This document shows, in pieces, positions 27,660 to 39,498 of a stretch of 64,000 bases of DNA; position 1 is the first letter of the stretch, and each line of letters begins with the position of its first letter. Both the position numbers and the translations under genes were made by a program. Where the stretch lies: the NCBI GenBank assembly GCA_023213395.1, contig CM041465.1, positions 147,381,741 through 147,445,740 on the forward strand. Reading direction: 5' to 3'. The notes below the pieces were generated by a model. That model was not told the DNA's origin. It did not search any database and saw only the letters and a program-made list of their open reading frames with translations. The stretch is from Cycas panzhihuaensis (Eukaryota > Plantae > Cycadophyta).

Positions 27660-28727
27660 TGATCCAGGAGGATCTACCATATGTTTACAGGATGCAGAAA
27701 ATGCTAGGCATTGGCATAACTGAAAGAGATATGGACAAATGGTATCAAAATTATATAAAATTTTGTGTAAAGGTAGAAGACACATCCCACTACATGTGTA
27801 CAAAAAGGTGGGATTCAGAAAATATCATTTGATTAGAGTTCAAGCCTTGTTTTGCATAAAATTAATCCCACAGCTAGCAGAAAAACAACAAATACATATT
27901 ATAATTAAATGAATAAAAATGCAGTCAAATGACATCCAAATGAGCTAAAATTTTGAGGAAGCGGAGAGGACATGCATTCCTATACGTGTACCAAATTTGA
28001 GTTGAATTGGAGTCCGTTAAGATCAGTTATAAGCCGCAAGTTCAAGCCTTATTTTGCATAAAATTAATCTCACAGCTAGCAGAAAAATAGCAAATACATA
28101 TTATCATTAAATGAATAAAAATGCGGTCAAATGATATCCAAATGAGCTAAAATTTTGAAGAAGCGGAAGGGACATGTGTTCCTATACATGTACCAAATTT
28201 GAGCCAAATTGGAGTCCGTTAAGGTCATTTGCAAGCCAAAATTTTTAAGAATTGCATGAAGGCCACTTGAACAACATGCATTCTGGTGGTTAGTGGTTAT
28301 ACTTGTATGATTGCCACTTGTTAAACATGCAATTTTGGTTTCCTTCTATAAATTGAGCCCTATTACGTGTTGGAGAGGTAGTTCTTAGAGGTGAAAGGCA
28401 CTTGACTTGGGAAACATCCTTGGAGAAGTATTTTGGAGGGTTGGAGTCCCCCTTATGGTATAATTGTATCATTTATTCCTTGTAATTTAACCATTCTTTT
28501 GCTAGTTGATTTTTTCACCATTAAATGGAGATTATCATAGTTTAATAAAAGTACTACTCCTCATAATTTTGGAGCAATGTCAAGAATAAATGATTTGGTG
28601 TAGAATTTCCTTTTGTGGGCTCATTGTTGTTTTGATGTTATTGAGATTTCTACACTAACTCCCAGGATCTCAAGGAGAAAAGGTTGATAATTGACTTCTT
28701 CACCAATTGAGCTATACTTTGGGATCA
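27660..28727 (+). repeat. CRM 5' LTR (contains 2 x ~202-bp internal tandem units, 27837-28240)
   Basis: Direct repeat of 33349-34416; unit start AGTTCAAGCCTT at 27837 and 28039. Confidence 0.96.
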
Positions 28728-28770
28728 TATTTTGGTATCAGAGCATGTGATCTTTGTTGTAGGGACTTGA

Positions 28771-31700
28771 ATGGTACAAACAAGGAAAGGATACAAAGAG
28801 AATGGTGAAGCTTTTCTTGTGTTGCAATCACCAAGAAAACAAAGAAAGAATCCAAGTACTATGGCTGAAAAAGAAGATGGATAAATTAGATTTGAAAAGC
28901 TTGAGAATAACGTAGAAGTCTTGATGCAAATGATGACCCAACTTCTACCTCTAGTCAAGGGAAAAGGCAAAGAGAAGGAAGTTGAAGGAGGATTCACATA
29001 TGACCACAACCATGAAGAGGAAGAGGAGGAGACCTTAAAGCACTCATTTGAAGAAAGCAAGGGTACTTCATCTTATCAACTCTTCAAGGTGGAGGCAAAG
29101 TTGGATATTCCAACTTATGATGGAGAGATAAATGCTGAAAAGTTGGACCATTGGTTGGATCAACTTGAAACCTACTTCACAATTTATGCTTATAGTAATG
29201 CTCAAAAGCTTTCATTTGCTAGGCTCAAGTTGTGTAAACATGCATTGACATGGTGGAATGCATATTTGAAAACTCATGATGTATCTTCTTTTTCATGGAT
29301 GGATTTTAAGAAAATAATAAAGAAGCAATACTACCCCATAGGTCATGAGGAAGACCAATAGGTTAATTGGCAATATTTACGCCAAGGGAGAGGTGTATGT
29401 GTCCAAGACTATACTTCTTTATTTTTTAGGCATGGCATACTACTTGGTATTAATATAGATGAACATATCACTGTTATGAAATTCATTGGAGGATTACATG
29501 AATACATAAGGAAGGAACTAAGGCTTTTTAAGGTTCAATCCATTGGAGAAGCAAGTAGAATGGCTATGGCAATAAAAAGTAAAAGCAAGAAATCTACATT
29601 CATGTCTAAAGATTCTACTTTTACTTCTAATAAGTATCAAAGAATCCTAAATTGCACTCATCTAAAAGGCAAGAAGGAAAGAAGAAATGAACTAATTTTG
29701 TTAAAAGTTTTAACTATTGTGAGCATTGTGATATTAGTGGTCATATTACAACAAAGTGTTGGAAGTTGCACCCAGAGCTAAAGCCAAAGCATATCAAGGA
29801 TATTGAATTAAGAAAGAAGGAGAAAGGGAAAGCACTACTTTCTGAGGTGGAGATTCAAAGTGAAGGAGAAAAAGAGAAGGTTACTCTACTTACAAATTAT
29901 AGAGATGATGCTACAAGGGAGGAACTATTTCACTTGAAGCTTCAAGTAGGAAATGATATTATTGGTGCCATTATAGATTCGGGGAGCCAAAAGAATGATC
30001 TGAGAAAGTTTGCTAAAGAGCATTGGGTTGGTAACTACTCCTCACCCTCACCTATATCCTCTTGGTTGGATCCATAAAGATGTGGAAATACAAATATCAA
30101 AGCAATGTACACTTAAATTTTCCATCACTAATGATTTTGTTGATGAAGTAATATGTGATGTGGTGCCATTAGATGTATGCCATGTTGTGCTTGGGAGTCC
30201 CTACTTGTGGGATCGAGATGCACTCTTCTATCAAAGGGAGAGAAAGTATCGATTGATGAAGAATAACAAGGGCTTCATCATAAAGGCCACAAAGAAGCAC
30301 TTGGATAAGATAGCATTAATTTGACCACTCAAGCAAAAAGGATGATCAATGCATGTGGTAAATTCATCATCTTAATGGTAAGGAGAAAAGAAGAGCCGGG
30401 AGATGAAGAAGGTCCTTCTACTCACACTCTTCTTATATCACCTAAACAAATGCAACAAATTGAGGAGTTAAAGACAAGGTATGATATTCTATTTCAACAT
30501 GTTGATGGGCTACCACCAAAGAGAAATATAGAGCATGAAATCACTCTTGTAGGAGATGCACCATTGCATAATGTTGCTTTGTATAGGCACTCCATTGTAG
30601 ATAATAATGAGATAAAGAGGCAAGTTGAGGATTTGCTTGATCAAGGGGTCATAAGACCTTCATGTTCACCTTGTGGGTCACCAATTGTCTTGGTGCCTAA
30701 GAAGGATGGAGGATGGAGAATGTGTATAGACTTTCGTGCTTTGAATAAAATTACAATTAAAAATCGCTACCCTTTGCCTCGCATAGATGATTTGCTTGAT
30801 CAAATTCAGCATGCTTCTTATTTTACTAAGTTGGATTTGAAAAGCGGTTATCACCAAGTTAGGGTCAAGGAGGAGGACACATGGAAGACGACCTTCAAAA
30901 CAAAGCAAGGACTCTTTGAATGGATGGTTATGCCTTTCAGATTATGTAATGCTCCTGCAACATTCGTGAGGTTAATGAATGAAATGTTAAGGCCTTACTT
31001 GGATAATTTTGTTGTTGTCTATCTTGATGACATTTTGATTTTCAGCAACACATGGGAGGAACATTTGTAGCACATAGAAGAAGTTTTAAAGACTATGGCT
31101 AAGTATCATTTGAAGCTTAATGTGAAGAAGTGTGAATTTAGCAAGGAGAACTTGATCTTCTTAGGCTTTGTGGTTAGAGGAGGAAAGTTGAGCATCGATC
31201 CACTCAAGACTCAAGCCATCCTTAAATGGCCTAGGCCAATAAACATCACACAGGTGAGAAGTTTTTTAGGAGCTTGTCAATACTTGAGAAAGTTTATTCT
31301 TCATTTCTCACACCTCTACATGGATTGACAAAATCTAGTAAAAAGTTTACTTGGGGTTCCAAGGAGGAAGAAGCTTTTCTTCTTTTAAAGAAGAAAATTT
31401 GTAAAGCACTGGTTTTGGCAATGCCAAATTTGCAAAGGCCTTTTGAAGTAGAAGCTTATGCAAGTGGAAATGCGATGGGAGCTGTTCTTATTCAAGATGG
31501 GAAGCCTATTGCTTACCATTCGAAAGTCTTCACCCCTCAAGTGAAAAACTACCCAACATATGATCGAGAAATGTTCGCACTTCATCAAGCATGCAAGCAT
31601 TGGAGGTCCTACTTACTTGGAAAAGAGGTTGTAGTTCATATCGATCATAAGCCTCTTCAATTTTTACAAACCCAAAGTAAATTATAGCAAGCAAGACACA

Positions 31701-33308
31701 TGAAGTGGATGAGTTATTTACAACAATTCAATATTGTAATTAAGTACAAAAGGGGATCTACTAACAAAATTCGATATGTTATCTAGACCACCTTGTTCCA
31801 CTTCTTCTTCTACTTTTATTTGTAGTTCTCTTATGAGTTTACAGGTGGAGCCAATGCATCATGAAGAGTACAAAGACTTGTACCATGAAGATGAAGCTTT
31901 GAAGGAAGAATTAGAGAACCTAGCGAAAGGAAGACCTTCCCAGCTTGCTTGGAAGGATGGTCTACTTTTCAAAGGGAGCGACTCTATGTTCCATCAAAGG
32001 AGACAAGATCAAGTGGCTTAGAGAAGCCCATACTTCTAAAGTAATGGCGGTCACTTTGGTATAGAGAAGACTTTAGCAAACTTGAGAAGATATTTTGTAT
32101 GGCCAAAAATGCAAAATGATGTAAAAAAATATGTAAAAGGGTGTGTAATGTGTAATACTTCTAAGCCTTCTTCTAGAAAACTAGGATTGTATACACCACT
32201 TCCTATTCCCACTAGACCTTGGGAAAGTATCTCCATTGATTTCTTAGGGGGACTTCCCATGACTAGGAAAGGACATGATTATCTCTTTGTTGTTGTAGAT
32301 AGGTTCAGCAAAATGATATGTCTAATACCTTGTAAGAAGACAATCACAGGTACGAGAGCAACTGAGTTATTCTTCGAGCATGTATGGAAGAATTTTGGCT
32401 TGCCTTCTTCCATCATTTCAGATCGGGACACTCAATTCCTTTCATCATTTTGGAAGTCACTATGGGAGATGATGGATACCAAATTGAAGAGGAGTACAAG
32501 TTTCCATCCTCAAACAGATGGACAAATCGAAGTAGTGAATAGAACTTTGGTACATTTATTGAGGGGATACAATTCCAAGCATCTAAAGACTTGGGATGAA
32601 TCATTGGCTTTTCTACAATTTGCATTTAATAGAGCAATGCATGCATCAGACTCTAAAGCACCTTTTAAAGTTTGTTTGGGATACTTGCCTCAAAGTCCAT
32701 TTGACTTAGAGTTTTCCATGCAAGCTAAGGAAGGATCTGTCAAAGAGAAGGAGGAGCATGACAAGGCTTTAAGATACTTGGAGAAGATCCAGAAAGTCCA
32801 CAAAGAAGTACATGATCAACTTCTAATGACTCAACAAAAGTATAAGGAAAGACATGACAAGCATAGGCAAGAGTGTACTTTTCAAGAAGGAGATGTAGTA
32901 TGGTTATACTTGAGCAAGGAGAGGTTAAAAGGAGAAGGCAAGGAACTCAAACCTATAAGGTATAGACCATTCAAGATTTTGAGAAAAGTAGGTGGCAATG
33001 CTTTCCAACTTGATCTTCCACCTTATATGCAAATATATTCAGTAGTAAATGCTGAATACTTGAAACTCTTTGAGCCCTCCATGCTAGATGAGGAACATGA
33101 CCAGTTCACTTTACCTTCAGTTGATGACTTGTATTTGGAAAGTGGGGAGCCTCTCAAGGAAGATTGTATCTTAGAGAGAAAATCTACCAAAACAAGACAT
33201 AAGACACATGAATCTTTCAGGATTGGAGTAGCAGGACAATTGCCTAGTAAGGCTAAGTGGTTTAGTAGGCAACAAGGAGAACAACACTTCCCCCATCTCC
33301 AATTCTAA
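28771..33308 (+). pseudogene. gag-pol: CRM gag-pol pseudogene (gag, CCHC, PR, RT, RNase H, INT, chromodomain-like tail)
   Basis: Gag LDIPTYDGE...HALTWW, knuckle CEHCDISGHITTKC, PR IIDSGSQKN, RT WRMCIDFRALN...YLDD, RH FEVEAYASG..MGAVL, INT VVDRFSKM / HPQTDGQIE (408-aa ORF 32082-33308). Split by several stops and frameshifts. Confidence 0.95.
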
Positions 33309-33348
33309 GCCAAACAGGAGTTGGCTATTTTCCAAGGAAGGGGAGCTA

Positions 33349-34416
33349 TGATCCAGGAGGATCTACCATATGTTTACAGGATGCAGAAAATGCTAGGCAT
33401 TGGCATAACTGAAAGAGATATGGCCAAATGGTATCAAAATTATATAAAATTTTGTATAAATGTAGAAGACACATCCCACTACATGTGTACAAAAAGGTGG
33501 GGTTCAGAAAATATCATTTGATTAGAGTTCAAGCCTTGTTTTGCATAAAATTAATCCCACAGCTAGCAGAAAAATAACAAATACATATTATAATTAAATG
33601 AATAAAAATGCGGTCAAATGACATCCAAATGAGCTAAAATTTTGAGGAAGCGGAGAGGACATGCATTCCTATACGTGTACCAAATTTGAGCCGAATTGGA
33701 GTCCGTTAAGATCAGTTATAAGCCGCAAGTTCAAGCCTTATTTTGCATAAAATTAATCCCACAGCTAGCAGAAAAATAGCAAATACATATTATAATTAAA
33801 TGAATAAAAATATAGTCAAATGATATCCAAATGAGCTAAAATTTTGAGGAAGCGGAGGGGACATGTGTTCCTATACGTGTACCAAATTTGAGCTGAATTG
33901 GAGTCCGTTAAGGTCAGTTACAAGCCAACACTTTTAAGAATTGCATGAAGGCCACTTTGACAACATGCATTCTAGTGGTTAGTGGTTATACTTGCATGAT
34001 TGCCACTTGTTAAACATGCAATTTTGGTTTCTTTCTATAAATTGAGCCCTATTACGGGTTGGAGAGGTAGTTCTTGGAGGTGAAAGGCACTTGACTTGGG
34101 AAGCATCCTTAGAGAAGCATTTTGGAGGGTTGGAGTCCCCCTTATGGTATAATTGTATCATTTATTCCTTGTAATTTAACCATTCCTTTGCTAGTTGATT
34201 TCTCCACCATTAAATGAAGATAATCATAGTTTAATAAAAGTACTACTCCTCATACTTTTGGAGCAATGTCAAGAATAAATGATTTGGTGTAGAATTTCCT
34301 TTTGTGGGCTCATTGTTGTTTTGATGTTATTGAGATTTCTACACCAACTCCCAGGATCTCAAGGAGAAAAGGTTGATAATTGACTTCTTCACCAATTGAG
34401 CTCTACTTTGGGATCA
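33349..34416 (+). repeat. CRM 3' LTR (contains the same 2 x ~202-bp units, ~33526-33929)
   Basis: Direct repeat of 27660-28727, preceded by the PPT and followed by the TSD. Confidence 0.96.
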
Positions 34417-37400
34417 ATAAAGAGTGTCTATAAGGCCTGACATTCATAGGTGTTGTCCTTGGTTCAAATTTAGCAACATGTTTCACACCTTTGATTGGTG
34501 TTAATTCTCATGGAAGGTCCTCAAACGCCTTAGGAAATTGGGCTAATATGGCTTTTATCTCAGGATGAATCATTTATTCCTTCGGTATTCACATGGCATA
34601 ATAACTGACAAAGCCCTCCTCCCCCCCTCCCCTCGCCCACCTCTGTGGGTGATTCTTGAGAATCTTCTCCATGTGATTTGAAATGTCATCAAAGAGAACT
34701 AGAACAAAGTTTTGTAGATAAGTTTTGAGTACTTGATTCATAGTTGCTTGAAAGGTAGCTAAGGTATTTATTAGTTCAAAGGCATTACTTTGAACTCATA
34801 ATGTTTTTAATAAGTTCCAAAATCCATCTTTAGGGTATCTTTACCCTTACTTTGATGTGTGAATATTCTGAACATAGGTTAATTTTGGTAAAATATTTGG
34901 CTCTATGTGGCTTGTCCAAAAAGCCATTTATTCAAGGAATGAGAAACTTGTTATTAATGGTAACCTTTTTTAAAGGTTAATAATCCACACGCACTCAAAT
35001 CAACCCCTACTTTTTGGCAACTCATATCACTAGAGTCACCTTTAGACTTTTGCTTGGAACAATGGCACCTTGGTCAAGCAATTATTGGATAAGTTCTTAA
35101 ATCTTTATTCTATGAAGATAAGGGTGTCTATAAGGCCTTACATTCATAGGTGTTGTCCTTTATTCAAATTTAGTGACATGTTTCACACCCTTGATTGGTG
35201 TTAATTCTCATGGAAGGTCCTCAAACACCTTAGAAAATTGGGCTAATATGGCTTGTATCTTAGGATGAATCACTTATTCATTCGGTATTCACATTGCATA
35301 ACAACTGACAACGCCCTCCTCTCCTCCCCCTCGCCCCCACCTCTGTGGGTGATTCTTGAGAATCTTCTCAATGTGATTTGAAATGTCGTCAAAGAGAACT
35401 AGAACAAACTTTTGTAGATAAGGTTTGAGTACTTGATTCATAGTTGCTTGAAAGGTAGCCAAGGTATTTATTAGTTCAAAGGCATTACTTTGAACTCATA
35501 ATGTTTTCCATAAGTTCCAAAATCCATCTTTAGGGTATCTTCTACCCTTACTTTGATATGATAATATTCTGAACATAGGTTAATTTTGGTAAAATATTTG
35601 GCTCCATGTGACTTGTCCAAAAAGCCATTTATTCAAGGAATGAGAAACTTGTTATTAATGGTAACCTTTTTTAAAGGTTAATAATCCAAACACACTCAAA
35701 TCAACCCTTACTTTTTGGGAACTCATATCACTAGAGCCACCTTTAGACTTCAGCTTAGAATAATGGCACCTTGGCCAAGCAATTATTGGATAAGTTCTTA
35801 AATCTTTATTCCATGAAGTTAAGAGTGTCTATAAGGCCTCACATTTATAGGTGTGGTCCTTGGTTCAAATTTAGTGGCATGTTTCATGCCTTTGATTGGT
35901 GTTAATTCTCATGGAAGGTCCTCAAACACCTTAGGAAACTGGGCTAATATGGCTTGTGTCTTGGGATGAACCACTTATTTCTTCGATATTGACATGGAAC
36001 AACAATTGACGATGCCCCCCCAACCTTTGTGGGTGATTCTTGAGAATCTTCTCCATGTGATTTGAAGAAATTATTTTGGAGGTGTCCTTGGTGCTTGTAA
36101 TTTATATCTTTTCCCTTTTTCTTAAACGATTGTGAACATTTTTGTTGTAATTCATAAGGTAAGTTACTCAATGTTTAAAGCCACTGTGCTCCTAAGACAA
36201 TATGTACCTCTACAATGAGCATTGTAAACATTGGAGATTCTAGAATATAATCATTGATGTACATCTTAACTTTGGCACAAATTTCCCTGCATGGAATAGT
36301 TTTTAACCTTTCAATTGATCCTTGGAATTATTTATAAGGCATGATGTGGAGCTTAATTTGTTCTATTGTCATTTGATTTATAAAGTTATAAGCATTGTCT
36401 TTGTCCATCAAGATTGAAACTCAACTATTTTGGATGTGTTTCCCTATATTGAATGCTTTTGGTGATTTGACAATTACGGTCATGGCCTAAAGCAAAATTT
36501 GCACCCTAATCATATCAAGCTCTGCATCCTCCATTAGCTCTTTAACCATCTCCTCTTCTTTATCTTCTTCTTCTTGTAATTCTTCCACAAGTTCTTTTGC
36601 AACCATTTCCCATTTATTGCCCATCTTGTATATTTTCTTCTTTGGGCACCACTAATATTTACTCCATTTTCCTCCACATTTAAGGCAAGTTCCTAGTTTC
36701 AAGTGTTTCAAACATGCAGGCCCATTGAACTTATCATCACCCTTGAAGGATGCTAGATCCACTTCCCTTGGGCTTTTGTCTCTACCATCCTAGTTGGATA
36801 ACTTTTATCAGTTCCTTTGCTTATCATCACCTTAGTTGGCCTAAATTGAGAATGTTTGTCTTTCCTTATTGGATAGCCTTATCATCGTATTGTATAGAAT
36901 TTAGCCTTTACATTTCTTACAAGAGTTATTGCTTGTCTCAATTTCTCCAATAAGTAGGTGCTAAGCATGTATCAAATTTATTCTTTTCAGTCCCCCTAGA
37001 TATGCTTGTAGCAAGAACTCATTCCTTTGTGGAGATAGGAGAATATTTTGTAGAGTTTGAAATTCATTTGTATATTGTTGTAGTGAGCTTTTCTATTGCA
37101 ATCAGGTTAGTTGTACAAAGTAATCTTTATTCCAATTTTCTTCATATTGTTCACATATGACTATTGAGAAAAATAACTATTTAAAACAGGTAGTGTGCTC
37201 ATAGTTTTTGTGCTACCATTTGAACTAGTTCAGGGCTCTATTGCTTAGGTGGAGAGAAGCAAATCAGATCTTCTCTTTTGTTGAGCATGGATGAATGTAG
37301 AATTTTATTTCTATCTCTGTAAGCCATGGCCTTGCGTCTCTACTTCTGTCAAGGTTGAAAATCTCTAAGTGGACTTTTATATTCTTAAGACCCACAACCC

Positions 37401-37773
37401 CTTTTCAGTATTCTTGGGTGGCTCATTTGATTTATCATAGATTTGGCTTTTTTGCTTTTATTCATTTCATTTGTTCTTTGTGCTTCCCTATATATGTGAG
37501 TACTGAGTTCTTATCCATTGAGACTTTATTTAGTTAGCTTTTAAGTTATACTATCATATTTTCCATCTCTTTATGGCATTGGTCCATCTCCACCTTAAAG
37601 GTTGACAAATGCTAAGTAAGAGTTAGTGGAGTAAACACTTGTTCTAAAGTAGTGCCACTTATAACTTATATAATAACCTTTGGATGTGATGGTGGGATAG
37701 AGTGAAATGGTAGTTAATCGACAACATAGAACAATATACTAGAGTGGTTAGAACAAATTGCTTTGATAGCACC

Positions 37774-38471
37774 TACAACAACCCTTTGAAGTTGCATGTT
37801 GATTCCACAAATAATTAGCAACATAAAATGCTTTAATGTTGGTAATTACCGAATATTACAAGCAATAGGATATTGGGAACAATTTTTGATTACTTAAAAA
37901 AAAAGGAATAAAGATTGAAATAATAAGAAATATGGCAATACATAAAAGACTTGAAATAAATATGATTTTTCATGATACAATAAAATAATATTCAATTATA
38001 TAACTTATCATTATTATAAAGCATTCCATAATATGGTAGGATGCCCGCTATAGATCTGTCCCTTTTCGATGCAAGGAAGCCTTAAAAAATAACATCATTT
38101 CAGAAAAGAAAATAAAAGACCAAACTTCAAAATTGTCTTTTTTTAAATGATCCATTACTCTTTATACATGGGCATTCATCTAAATAATTAATTATTTTAG
38201 ACCAACATCATCCTTAAAATAATTGATATTTTAAGGTAAAGTTGCCCTCTAGTAATATGTATTTATTATTGCAATATTAATATTTGCATAACTTTTTTAG
38301 ACATTATCTATTTAGAGCTCACAACTACTCGTTTCAAAGGTAATGAGAAGTTCTACACCATGATCCATGTTTTATAGCTCAATTCTATTTATTTAAGACC
38401 GTAATTGTAAAATAATCAATTTCCTCTTAGTTCAAAGCATGCAATAGAGGAGGGGCGAAAGGTCATGTAAA
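37774..38471 (-). repeat. 5' LTR (~700 bp) of the large host gypsy; same family as the LTRs at 46256-46965 and 59512-60218
   Basis: Follows the PBS-like 37760-37771. Shares blocks such as AAATATGGCAAT, AATGAGAAG.TCTA.AC.ATGATC.ATGTTT and ATTTATT..AAGAC..TAATT with the element A LTRs. Right end approximate. Confidence 0.7.
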
Positions 38472-39498
38472 TGACTACTCTTGTAAATATGGTAAAGGAA
38501 ACCCTTGTAAAGGGATTCCTCATGGTAAGGAATGAATAATATGAATTATTTAGCTTCAAGTCTTGTTAAAATATATGTTGATGCAATGAATAAATGTAGG
38601 CGAGAGAAGCTTTAAAAAAGCGGTTAATTGTCTCATTTAAGTGGCACTTCATTATTCTTAGTAGTGAGTTTTGGAGAGAATTTTGCAAAGAAAATTGATA
38701 GGTGAATATTAAGAAACCTATCTAATGTAGCAATTATCTACATAATTTTAAATTTAGGAAGTGGGGAGTTGGAGGAGGAGGTAGTTATTTCTTCTTACTT
38801 ACATGTACACTTCTACTATTTCTTCATTTTCTTTTTTAGAGTTTATGTAGATGGGTATAATTGTCCAAGATGTACATATGTCAAAGCTTATTATGTAATC
38901 TTCATTTCTTGCATAAATGAAAGTAAAAGAGGTCTTTAGTGAGCCAATTGGGCCAAGGACTAATTGCGGCCTTGATTGCATGATACTATGGTTTGTATAT
39001 CTTATGGCACAATTTTTTGTACAACCCAATTGTATGTGACTCCTTGGAAGAGAATGTTTATACCATCTTATAGAGAAAATGATGTTTTACCATGTTTTAC
39101 TATCTACATAATGTTTTACTTATATGAGTAAAATTAGCAACTTGTGTTTCGTTATTGATTATGGACATTAGCTTATGAGTAGGTGTTTTAATGTTTCATT
39201 GCATAGCCAAGACTTTTGGTAAGCATGTGGTGAGAACTTGACTAAAATATTGAAAATTTTATAGGTAATTATGTGCCAAAAACATGCTTGCTATTTTGCA
39301 AATAATGGACTCAAAATGGCCATAAACAACTTGGGTTTAATACTCCTTGGGTGTACACTCTTTCTACTCAAAAGTTCACACTTTCAAAAAGCACATTTTA
39401 ACTTTGGAAATTTCATTCATAGTTAATGGAAATATTAACATAAGGGAGAGTAAGGTTGAAATTCTCAAATGAGATTTAAAGTTCAATTCCTTTGGGCA

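Larger units (their letters stand above)
27660..34416 (+). mobile_element. Ty3/gypsy chromovirus, CRM clade, structurally intact and the youngest element in the window
   Basis: 1068-bp LTRs 27660-28727 and 33349-34416 (~40 mismatches by hand, ~96%), TGATCC...GGATCA termini, PBS TGGTATCAGAGC 28733-28744, PPT AAGGAAGGGGAG ~33334-33345, perfect TSD ATAAA, CRM-type protease region HPHLYPLGW...CDVVPLDVCHVVLGSPY. Confidence 0.96.
27219..36064 (-). repeat. Three tandem ~700-bp copies of the PR-RT junction of the host gypsy (27219-27659 plus 34417-34680; 34681-35380; 35381-36064)
   Basis: Unit start AAATGTC(A/G)TCAAAGAGAACTAGAACAAA recurs at ~27219, 34681 and 35381. Unit end C(C/A)ATGTGATTTG recurs at ~34680, 35380 and 36064. 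Confidence 0.93.
14585..38471 (-). mobile_element. Large decayed Ty3/gypsy host element (own sequence ~14585-14811, 25445-27659, 34417-38471), interrupted by an L1 LINE and a CRM element
   Basis: RNase H PGLATLDFSKPFGLECNVS...LGAILMQ (26606-26860), RT ATFQATMNQVL...VLVLFDDILIYS (27076-27300), integrase tail LKDNLNIAQNKMK (~25475-25512), PR and gag remnants 36200-37500, PBS-like GCTTTGATAGCA 37760-37771 then an LTR. The continuation at 14585-14811 is weaker (LSS..DGHYQV / KVPY / IFNVSS). Confidence 0.75.

Noticed and set aside
33321-33521. ORF running from the PPT into the CRM 3' LTR, as a possible CR-motif extension
   Set aside because: It lies in a different frame after the pol stop at 33308, starts with TTG and shows no recognisable CR motif.
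38472-39498. Possible host exon or intron sequence
   Set aside because: No convincing ORF or splice pattern; most likely the decayed leader of the adjacent gypsy remnant.
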